The position numbers and the translations under genes were made by a program. From positions 117,192 through 181,191 of the forward strand of contig MNCI01000719.1 in assembly GCA_015680685.1 (NCBI GenBank): a stretch of DNA of 64,000 nucleotides. Reading direction: 5' to 3'. Numbering within the stretch: position 1 is the stretch's first letter; every line of letters starts with the position of its first letter. This DNA is from Gnetum montanum. Its lineage: Eukaryota; Plantae; Gnetophyta. This document shows, piece by piece, positions 26,474 to 37,998 of the stretch. The notes under the pieces were generated by a model that saw nothing but the letters and a program-made list of their open reading frames with translations, made no database searches and was not told the origin of the DNA.

Positions 26474-28227
26474 GAAACATAATGAAATTAGTTTTGGTTT
26501 TGTTGTTATGAAAATAGTTACTACTAACCATGATGTGTAGGTTGAACTTTCTATAAGTGCGCTAGGCTTACAGGAGAAATTTCCCAAGGTATTCAAGAGG
26601 AAATTAGATAGATTGCCACCAATGAGGAATGTACAACATTAGATTGATTTTATTCTTAGTACTACCATTCCAAACAAGAGAGCTCACCAGATGGCACCAA
26701 ATCAGTAGGCTAAATTACAAAGGTAAGTAGAGGAGTTACTTGCAAATGGCTTCATGAGGGAATCCATTTCACCCTATGTAGTTTTAGTGAGGCTAGTGCC
26801 AAAGAAGAACAATGATGAATGGAGGATGTGCATTGATTCTAGGGTAGTGAACAAGAAAATAGGGAGGTATAGGTTTCCTATTCCAAGGATGGATGATATC
26901 CTTGATGTCCTTACCAGTGCAAAATTTTTTAGCAAAATTGGTTTGAAGAGTGGTTACCATAAAATTAGAATTCGGCTTGGTGATGAGTGTAAAATAACAT
27001 TTAAAGCACCAGATGGATTGTTTGAGTGGTTGGTGATGCCATTTGGGCTTACAAATGCAGTTACTACATTCATGAGGTTGATGCATGATGTATTGAAGGA
27101 CTTGATTGATAAGTGCTATATTATATTTTTTGATGATATTTTGGTATATAAATCTAATAAGGAAGAGGATGTGGATCATTGAAGGATGGTGTGTCTTAAG
27201 TTGAAGGAGGCATAGTTGGTAATCAATGTGAAATAAAAAAATCATTTCTTCAAAAGGGAAATCACATATTTAGAGATGTAGTTTTTAAAAAGCCAAATTT
27301 GGATGGAAGCTACCAAGGTGAAGCCTATTAGGGATTGGTAAACTCTTAAGAATGCTGGGAAGGTAAGATCATTCCTTGATTTAGCAAGTTTTTATAGAGT
27401 TCATAAAAAACTTTAGTGATATTTTTGGACCTATGTTTGCTTTGTTAAAGAAAAATAAGAATTTTAGGTGGGATAATGAAACCCAAGGGGGCTTTGACTT
27501 GTTGAAAGTAAAGATTACTAGTGAATTGATGCTTGCAATTTTAGATTTTCGCAAGCTTTTTTAGGTGGAGGTGGATGCAAGTGGACTTACCATTGGTGGG
27601 GTACTTTCATAAGAAGGTAGTCTTGTTGCTTTCTTTTTTGAAAAGTTGAATAAGGGAAAAAATATAGCATATTTGAGGAGTTATATGCTATTCTTCAAGA
27701 AATCAAGCATTGGAGGCATTCCTTGTTATCGAAGGAGTTCACTTTGATGATGAATCACCAAGCACTTTAATTTCTGAACTCACAAAAGAAGTTGAGTGCA
27801 AAGCATATGAAGTGGGTTACATAGTTACAAGAGTTTAATTTTGTGTTGAAGCATAAAAGTGGGAAAGCCAATGTGATGGCTCATTATCTAGGATGCATGT
27901 GGTGAATTTCAACATACCTCTTGTGGAAGGTATGGGTGATTTTTCTTCTTTGATTTTGGGCAAGTTTGGAGGAGCCTTAAAAAGCCATTGATGAGTAGGA
28001 TAGACTAGTGGAGGGATTATCATATTCAAGATAACTATTATTTAAAAATGAAAAGGTATGTGTTCCTAATTATGATTTTAGACAAAATTTTGTTTAAAAG
28101 GCATTGTAGTGGTATGGTAGGTCACATGAATAAGGATAAAACATTGAAACTTATGGGTAGACATTATTTTTGACCTAGTATGGCAACTAAAGTTTTGAAA
28201 TTTGTAAAGGAGTGTTTGGCTTGTTAG

Positions 28228-30472
28228 TGCTGGTGACCGTTTGGGACTGGACCACCAAAGTATGCAAACAAAGTTTAGGTAGTTGTTGGTCTTTGGCAAC
28301 AACAAGGCCCAAATACCTCCAAATAAACTTAGTAGTTATGAAATGTACTAAACATGAGTATGTGTTTGTTGTTGTGAATGTTGAAATGGTTGGGCTATGT
28401 ATGAAATTGTAATCAGCTATGACAAAAGAGATTCAACTAACTCTGTCAAATATTGTGAGTTGTTGAAGATTCCTATTTTTTTTAATCATTTAGACTATAC
28501 AGACCCTATAGTATGTTACTCATAACAAATAAAATTTTGCAAAAACGTTTGAGCACAATTTTTCCAATCTACTCCAAATTTCCTCTAGAGAGAACGTTCC
28601 ACAAGAAAATTAGAAATAGAGTGAGATTCAATGGACTTAGAATGAGAAAGAAAAGAAAGAAGACTTACATGAAATATCAAATATTTAAGCAAGATAAATT
28701 GACATAAGAAAACACTTTGCAATAAAGCTATTCCTAATTCAATAACTACAAATTATCTAAACCTTCTAAGCTCAACAAGAAATTACATAAAGACACTCTT
28801 ATTATGCTACCAAAAATTGTTGCATAAATGAAAAAGTACGAGTTTCTATTTTCGCTAGTTAGTTGTGAAAGATTGCATTCAATAGAGCCTTCAAAAAATT
28901 TAACAATTTCAAGATTGAAATACCAAGGCAATACACTTTAAAATAATGAATTTATTTTAGTTGTCTCAAAATACCAAAGATTTGCCTAGGTTCTCTATGC
29001 TCAAAATAAGAAATTTTACTAAGACATTACTATTAAATTGCTCTTGAGAATTTTTAACAACATAAGCTCTTCTATGGAAAATCTTAATAGGAGTTTAATA
29101 TTGTTCAAAATAGAGCTAAAAGGCAACCTAGAATAAATCCCAAATGCCAAGCACGATACTATCTAAATCATTACCTAAGTAACTAAAACAAAATCGGAAG
29201 GAATGAATTGACAAGATTAAAACAAAGTAGCTGAGTTGATGTCTTTAGGAAGCCATCTTACAAATAATCTTCAATTTTCTTTTTTCAAATTTTCCTCCTT
29301 TCCTTCTACCTTTGAAGGTCTTTTATAGTGACCTTAGGGTAGTTACAATAATCATTAAGGGTTAAGGGTATTACAAATATCTAGGAAAAAGTTATGATAA
29401 CTTGAGAAATATAAGCTATGTTTGACAAGTGTCTTACCCAATAATCTCTTTTTCTTTTTTAAAGAAAAACTTTTTCCTTTATATTCATTTAATTGTAAAT
29501 TATTGTTGAATTTCATATTATATTAATATTATAGTTTGATCAATGATAAAGCAAAGCCCACACCTAAGTTTAATACATTCAAATTTACCATTAGGTGCTG
29601 AATGATGTAGAGAAAAGTTGTAGTTGTAGAATCCCACACCTAAGTTGAGTTCCTTTTGTTCTTGCTTACCACATGCCCATGAGGTAGGGCCTTCACAATG
29701 ATGCTGTTAGGATTTTTGTTTTACTTTTTTCTATGTTTTTCTTTGCAAAATATTATTGGAAGTTTTCCAACGTGCAGTAGGGTTACCCAATTTTTGATAA
29801 AATTTTACTTTTGAAATAGTATAATTATTAATTCAATTCATTAAATTTTGATGAAATTGTTGAATAGCATTTTTTGAAAATTTTACTCTGCTCTTTTTGG
29901 GGATTTTATTTTTGAAACATATTCGATTAATCTCTACCTCAATACTAAACATTATTTTGACCATTATCAGCAACAATACTATTAATGATTGAATTTGAAA
30001 CAAAATTATGATGTGTTGGCTTAATTATAAAATTGATAAAGGTAAACACAAGATTAGTGTGTACCCTGATTTATTGCAAAACCTCCAGTTACTTAACATG
30101 TAAAGATGCAAATGCTACAAGCCATTAAATCATTGTCAACCTTTGAAATGGTACATTAGCAAATTCTCATGGATTTTACCATATAAATTTTTTTCTTTGA
30201 TCAATAGGAAGTATCCTTAAATTTTTGCTAATTAACTAGTATCAACCATTGCATCTTCAGTGCCCTCTTTTTCTCATCGATTTTTCTAGTATCTAATCAC
30301 AACATTTACGATGCAAGCATTTTCCACTTACATTTATCTTCATATTATCTCATAAATATAATCACAAATAATGTTTCACTCCTTTTGTGAATATTGCTAT
30401 GCCACTTATGGGACTTTATCTATATATATTTTCTTAATTGATGCTCCATAGAATGGCATAAAGGTGATAACA
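28228..30472 (-). repeat. Element B 3' LTR, with PPT at 30473-30489
   Basis: Direct repeat of 55070-57891; adjacent tttctttccccccttttg is a PPT on the minus strand. Confidence 0.88.
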
Positions 30473-33400
30473 TTTCTTTCCCCCCTTTTGTTAAAATTAT
30501 TGAGAGGTTAAGATGTTTAAGTAATCCATCAATGCACATCAACTAAATCATCACCCAAACAAGACTTTATTGAACATTTTTTAAAAAATAAAAATCTTTT
30601 TTTAATGAAAACTTTCACCAAACTTAAGGTTTGATGAAGTGAAAACCTCGTTTCTAATAAAAGTTAGGAAACTATACAAATTCAATATCATACAAACTAT
30701 TCTGTGCATGGAAAAAGAATAGTTAGAAACTACTCTAACTATTCTCATGATATGAAAGGGTTTTAGAATCCCTAAAACCCTTTTAGGGATTCTCATATCA
30801 TGAACCTTTTCATATGTAATCTTAGTTGTAATGAATGCTATTCTTTCCTCTTCTTACCTAGTTGAAGCCTCAACTTGATCTTTACTTTTGTTATTTTGTT
30901 TGCATCCTAATCCTTGATTAATAGTTTTTAAGGTTCTTTCCAACTAGTTACTTTAGTGTTTTGAGATATAAAAGCCTCTCCCCAAGAATCATCTTTACTA
31001 GACTCTCCTTAATATTCAACTTGGGTGGTGCATTCATGGAAGCTATACCAAACATTGGAATGTATAGAAAGTCCATCAGTGAGAAATCTGAACTCATCTA
31101 AAAGCCAAAGGAATAAAGGGCTTTCACTAGATGCTCCATGGGTAGTTGCCTTACAATAGGCTCTTAAGACATGCCTTGGATAACATCCTGTAACCTATGG
31201 GATAAAAGGTCTTCTCATTGCCTAATCTCCAAGAACCATCTTTGTAGCTGACACTTTAAAACACTTAATTGCTTTTTCACCTTGAGCCTTGAATTGAGAA
31301 ATGATACTTTTCCAAGTAATACACATCTCCTTATATAGTGTAAGGTAAATTTGAAATTCCCACCAATTTTACTAACCAAAATTTCCATTTATCCAAAACT
31401 AATTTAATTTCCATCATTATATGATTGGCTAATTTAAATCCCACTATTTGGTTGTTGAAACTAAATCACCATAATGTAGTTATCTAACCATCACTCCCAC
31501 TTACAAGTAATGATTACTTGAAATAATCTAAATTTAATTTTTTAAACTAATAATTTGAATTAAATATTTTTTAAAACTAATGCTTTAATGTATACATGTT
31601 TTATAATATTATATAGACTTACTTAAGCATATGTATAAGATATATATGTTATGGTTATATATTATATATTAATTATGTTACTACTAACTAGTAAAAAAAG
31701 TTTATTACTTACTACTATGTATACTTAATATTATTATAGTTACACACACACACATATATATTACTATATACATAGATTTATTAATTCATATAGATTTAAG
31801 TTATGGGTAGTTGTCCAAAATAATGTTTTATATGCAAAACATTATATAGAAATTGTAACTCTATCCCATCTAGTGTCAATAATTTGTAAGTATCTTTTGA
31901 TAAATGCTTCTTGATTTGAAATGGACCAGTCCATATTATTAAAAACTTATTTGATTTCTTCATATTCCATAACAATACAAGATCATCGACTTTAAAAGTT
32001 CTCTTCAAAGCCTTTCTATCGAACCACCTTTTGACTTGATAAGCATTCTTTAGTAAAGTATCTTGAGCTCTATACATTTTGGATTCTTTTCTAATGAGAA
32101 AAGTCATGAAACTTCTATCTTTATTAGTTTTATCATTATACATTTGCACAAAATTTGAGGCTAAACTTATAATCTTGTTTGTAATTCTAGCAAGCAAACC
32201 ATAGACTAGGTTATAAGCTGACATTCCAATAGGCTTCTTAAATATAATACGATTAGTTCATAATGAAAATTGCAAATAATCAATCCAATTTCTTGGATTT
32301 CCATCCATTAGTTTCTTATTGTAGGAAATAAGATTTTTATTTGTAGATTTAGCTAAACCATTTCCTTAAGGATAGTAATTTGAAGAACATAGAAGATGGA
32401 TTTTTTTGATGCCCATGTTATAAATTCTTTAAACTAAAAAGCTAGTCAATTATTAGACACCAATACTTCAGGTAGACCAAAATGACTGAAAATCTACTCT
32501 TCCAAGAACTTAATTAGATCTGATGTTGAACTTTTCCTTAGAGCCTTTACTTCAAATCATTTGGTAAAGTAATTAGTAGCTATGAGAATAAACTTATGTC
32601 TTACTCTTGAAGGAGTAATTGTACCAATAAAATATAAGCCCCATTATTGAAATGATCTATCCACAATTACCAGTTTTAAGGGGGCTTTTGATTTTTTGAT
32701 TTTTGATCCATGAATTTGAAATTTGTAACATCTTTGAATTCTCAAACTAATATCTTGATACATACTAGGCCAATAAAAACCATAGCAGAGTATATGCTTC
32801 ATAGTAGACATAGGAGATTCATAGAAAAAATTAGAATGATCATGAAATTGTTCTAAGATAAGACCAATTTGATCATTNNNNNNNNNNNNNNNNNNNNNNN
32901 NNNNNNNNNNNNNNNNNNNNNNNNNNNNNNNNNNNNNNNNNNNNNNNNNNNNNNNNNNNNNNNNNNNNNNNNNNNNNNAGCATAATGTGAACTAATGATC
33001 TTTCCAAATAATACTTGAAATGTTGAAGTGCCTTAATGACTATGAATGTTTATTTCTCTAAGTCTGAATAATTAAGCTATGAACCTTTCAATTGATACCC
33101 AAAAAATTCAATTAGTTCATCTTGACCTTTATCTTTTTGAGTTAAAATAGCAACAATTGAATCATTTGAAGTGAAAGCATATAACCAAAAGAATTCTTTT
33201 AATTTCGGCTTTAGCAAGTGTGGAGCTTCTTGAATAGCCTTTTTAATTTCTGCCAAGGCTTTCTTTGATTTTGGTGTTGTCTCTACTAGAAATCTTTCTT
33301 TAGCATATGCATCAAAGGTTAAGTAATTTCAATAAATCCAAGGATAAAGTTCTTAACAAGATTTATCTTCTTAAAGAAAGATCTAAGAGACTTTTTACTT

Positions 33401-33948
33401 GTAGGATGTTCGATATTCTATACTGATTAAATTCAGGAGTTATCTATAGCAATTTCTTGTTGATAGATTACATGACCTTGTAAACTTCCAAATTTAACCT
33501 TGAAGATACATTTCTCAAGATTTAATGAGATACCATACTCATGACATCTATTAAAAAATTATTGAAGATGACTAATATGATCTTCCTTCCTTTTTGAAAA
33601 GATGATAATATCATCAAACTAAACAACAATAAATTCCCCTATCAAACTTTTAAAGGCTAAATCCATTGCTCTTTGAAAAGTATCTCTAGCATTTGATAAT
33701 CCAAATGACATTCTTTGGTAAGTTAAAGTTTCGCATTTGGTAATAAAAGTGTTTTTATATCTATCACCCTTATCTACCATGATCTGATTATAGCCTAAAA
33801 AACCATCTAGGAAAGAATATACTTGACAACTTGATACATTATCAACATCTCATCAATTCTAAGAAGTGGGTATTTATCTTTTTCAGAGCCTTCATTCAAA
33901 TGTCTGAAATCCACACAAAGCCTAATATCACCATTCTTTTTCCTTACT

Positions 33949-34886
33949 TGATGAGTGGCAAGGCACCCCTACGCCCAACCATATGAATCACAAAGTGTTC
34001 ACGCACGATCTGGTCGAATTCTGTGGACTTTATCATTTCTGGTGCACTAGTCCTCTAGAAAGTGAATCTTGCCTTAAGGTCAATTGTTGTCTTCCTAATT
34101 ACACTTGTGATGTACACTGGTATGGTTAAGTGTAAATGAGGCATCTAATTTTTATCATTTTGTATTTTATGGTTTTGATGTTCAAAGGAAGATAAAAGTG
34201 ATTGGATTAGCTAATTAAAAGTAACTAAGTAACTAGCATTTAACTAATCCTAACATAAGCATCTAGTCCCACTTTCTGTACATGTCCTACACCAACATAT
34301 CCACTGCTAGGTGACCAAGCACTACGCTACTAGGTGTACCAATTAATAACGCTGCTAGAAGTACCAAGCAAATACGTGTTACACTCGAAGTGGTCATACT
34401 TATGTGTTTATAATCTATTTAGCTTAATTGCTTTATTAACTTAAATTTTGGAAAACATTTAATAAATAATTGAAAAAATTTAACAAATAATTAAGAACAT
34501 TAAATGCATAACTAAAATAGCTAATCTATCAAAAGTGTTACAAGGTTTATCAAAAAGCTTGTCTTTATTATCGCACACACTATTATGCTAAGATATAACA
34601 ATGCTCAAAGAAAGATCCATACACTCAATGACTCTTGCTGTAGGCACTTGGGAGAAAAATTCTAACTTTTAGATGGAAAAATTGCAAGAGCTTCATTGTA
34701 GCTACAATCTCTCATGCCATAAATGTGGTTGGTAGGTGCATATTTATAGTTGAAAACCAACACTAGATTGATGGGGCCTCATCAATGCATGATAATATGC
34801 ATTGACTAGGGCTCATTGATGAGGCCTAGTTGATGGGGCCACGTCGATGAGGCCTCGTCGATGTAGCTAATTGAAGTGACTCATCA
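33949..34886 (-). repeat. Element C 3' LTR
   Basis: TGATGAGT...ACTCATCA inverted ends; direct repeat of 50857-51793; PPT-like taccctcacaact adjacent. Confidence 0.92.
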
Positions 34887-35119
34887 TACCCTCACAACTA
34901 AATGAAAACTTGTCATTGAGTTCCTTTACAAAATTTGGGAAGGTATGGGATTATTGACTAACTTTTCTCAAACAAAATAAACTGATTGACTTGATAAAAA
35001 ATCAAGTGCTCGGGTATACATATCAACACATTACAAAAAATGATGGTGTTCAGAACACAAAATTGAACACCATGACTCAACTCTTCAAATTGGATAGCAC
35101 ATTCCTTGATGGTGTAAAG

Positions 35120-37998
35120 CTAATGGGGAAGATCAAATGATCCTAGGTGTTGGTGGTTCATGAGGCTTCGAGGGACCTTTACCGACTTCACGCATGGGCG
35201 GTGGTTGAGATGGTTGTGACTATCTTGCTACTACTATGACTTTAAGTAGGAGGTGAAAAGTATCTAGTAGTGCTTTCATTTTCTCCCCCTTACTTCTGGG
35301 ATCATGCACCATCCATGTAGCTTTGCCAATGTGGGTTAGAACGGGCTCATCCTAGGGACACATGATTGTTAGAAATAGCTCCTTTACATTAATGAACTAG
35401 GCATTGAATTGTTTGCATTCAATGTCAAATGCCCTGGCTATGTCTTTTAGCTCCTAGTAGTCATTCATCCATTGGCTAGGTTCTTAGCAATTGATTGTTG
35501 ATCTCTAAACTATGCTCTGAGAACTTCAAGTTCAATGTCAGTAGTCTCAAGCTTCTACTTGGTGTCATTGTAGTGCTTGAACTCTACCTTGTATAATAGA
35601 TACGAGATAGCTACTTGCTTCTCTAACTCTGACTATGGCCATCCAGTAATCAACATCACTAGGTTTGCATATTAGAGATTGGCCAACTCCATATATTCTA
35701 TCATCTCTTTGATTTGGAACTCCTTTAGGCAGATCTCTACTTTGTTGTAGGTGTTGATTCCATCAACGATGGGTTGCCACATTTCTCTTCCTTGTTGGAG
35801 TTGTTCAAGGGCTTCATTCATCTTTGCCTTCGTCATCTGAATGTGTTTCTCATTAACTTCTTTTTATAGACCAACCTGGTCCCTATAGTGACTCTTCACT
35901 TTCTCAAATTTGAGGGCCTTATTCTTCCAGGTGGAAATTTTGATGGCAGACTTTTGGCATAAGGCACATACTTTCTACATTGACAGATTTTGATTTTCTA
36001 TACCTAATCTTCTCAATTCAGTGTTCACCCTAGCAAGTTGCTCCTGCTGTTGATGAATAAATTCCTGGATTTGGTCCTTCTAAGCATCAACATTTTACAG
36101 GTGATGATTTTATGCAATCAGGGTCTCATTCTTCTGGTGCATTTGTATCAAGTCCTTTTGAATTACATACATTTTTGCTTCTACTACAGATTGGTTGAAG
36201 ATGACCAGAACTACCTCCTTTTCAACCTTCTAGAATTGTTCTTGAAGCTATTTGAAAGCTTCATCTCTTGTTATTGTTGGATTGTTGGGGTCGAGGATGG
36301 TAGGATTTGCAAGTTGGGCACATAGTTCGACAACCTCCGTGGCCAAGCATTGATTTTGTTCTTGGGCCATTTCGAGTTGCCCCTCCAAAATAATGCATGT
36401 GCCCCTTGCATTTAGCAACTCTAATTGGGTTATAGTGATGTCTTTCAGAAAATCAAAGATATCTAGAATTGGTTGCCTGGTTCCCACCAGTTGTTCTAGC
36501 AATTTGTCATGCTGTGCTGTGTTTATCTTTTTGCTAAGCATGATTGTAGATGTTTGCACATCTTAAAGTGTAGATACATCTAGTACATATGCTGTAGGTG
36601 CATTCAATGCTTTAATGACACAGTCAGCAACAACTTTAGCTGCTGTTTCCTACCTTTGGTGCTGCATCACCAAGAAAGTTATTCCATCATATTCCTCCAA
36701 ATGCACCAAGAAAGTGGCAGCATTCATAGAGATTTCTGGGAATAGATGATGTTGAGATGAAGACATTATCACCTCCCAAGCATTGGGATCCAACCTTGCA
36801 GGTAGCTACATTCATTGGGAAAAGAAGATTGGTCCACCTCTCTCCATCTAACTAACTATTCAGGCCACCTCATTAAGGTGACTCATTGTCGATCGGTACA
36901 TAGATGGATCTACCTCACTCATTTTTGTATGTTGCTTTTGTTTGCTCAAGAGCTATTCTTAGATTTTTCATAGACATTCAATGGCTACGTGGGCCTCTAG
37001 CATTGTTTCTTGAGTGCGTGATGGTGGTAGTTGCTCCTCTTCTTGGGTCATTGCTAGTATTGTGTCTTTCATGATTTCTGATCATGAGGCTAAAGGAGCA
37101 TGCTTGATGGTGTCATTGGAGTAGCAAACAATGCCTGCCCTTTTGTAGAGTTTCCATATGAGGCATGAAATGGGCAATGTCTTCCTTCCACATTCATTTT
37201 CCTTAGAGCATTTTTGATTTCTAGGTAGATCAGTTGTGGAAGGTTGATGGAAAATTTTCCACTTAGAGTGGTGCATGCTTGAGCAGAGAAAGCAGTCACC
37301 TTGCTTGACCTCATTATTGGACTAAGGTGATAGGCCATAATTTTGATGTAAATTCACTCTGCCAGTGTGAGTGCACCATACTTCTTATGATCAAACCTGT
37401 AGCATCACTAGGTCCACTCCCTCTTGGCCTAAGAATCATCTTTTGTGGATAGTTCTGCCAGGTATGTTCCAATGTTAGGCAATCCAAGTGCCCATGAGAT
37501 AGCTTCTGTTGAGTAGGACACTTGAATGTATTTTATTTTGATAATGGGCCTTGGCCTTCTATTACTTTAGAAGAGATATGTGTCTCCCATATACCATTCC
37601 CCATTGGATATGATTATTGGCCACATAAGAGAGGTTTGCAGTTGAGTCTTGACATCCATTGGAGCTTTCTCAAGGAGTGACCTGAAGTTGATCTCTTGAA
37701 GAACTGATCTTTGGGTCTCTCGGGACCTGATGATGTCTAGGTAGGCTTGAGTCAAGGTGACCTCAAGCCTTGGTATGGGTCTAGGCACTTCTCCTTGCTA
37801 TGATTTTTCAGTTAGTACTTCTTCTTTTGAAATCTATTAGACAAATTCCACTTTGGGCTCCTCATGAAGAGGTCTCATTGCATGGGTTGCCTTTGGAAAT
37901 TCTTGGACTTGTTCTTGTTGGCCCCTTTTAGCTCTCAGTTGGTTCTCTTGTGGTTGAGATGGTTCTCCTTCCTACGAGCATTTCTTTTTGGGTTCCAT
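35120..37998 (-). pseudogene. Decayed accessory (env-position) ORF of element C: plant-transposon-protein (Transposase_32-like) segment plus coiled-coil
   Basis: ATG at 37998 (MEPKKK) is in frame with ORF 37567-37788. INLPQLIYLEI...LPISCLIWKLYKRAGI at 37340-37100 resembles Athila accessory ORFs, and a heptad-like E/Q/L-rich stretch spans 36560-35400. The end is approximate and the domain name comes from motif memory only. Confidence 0.62.
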
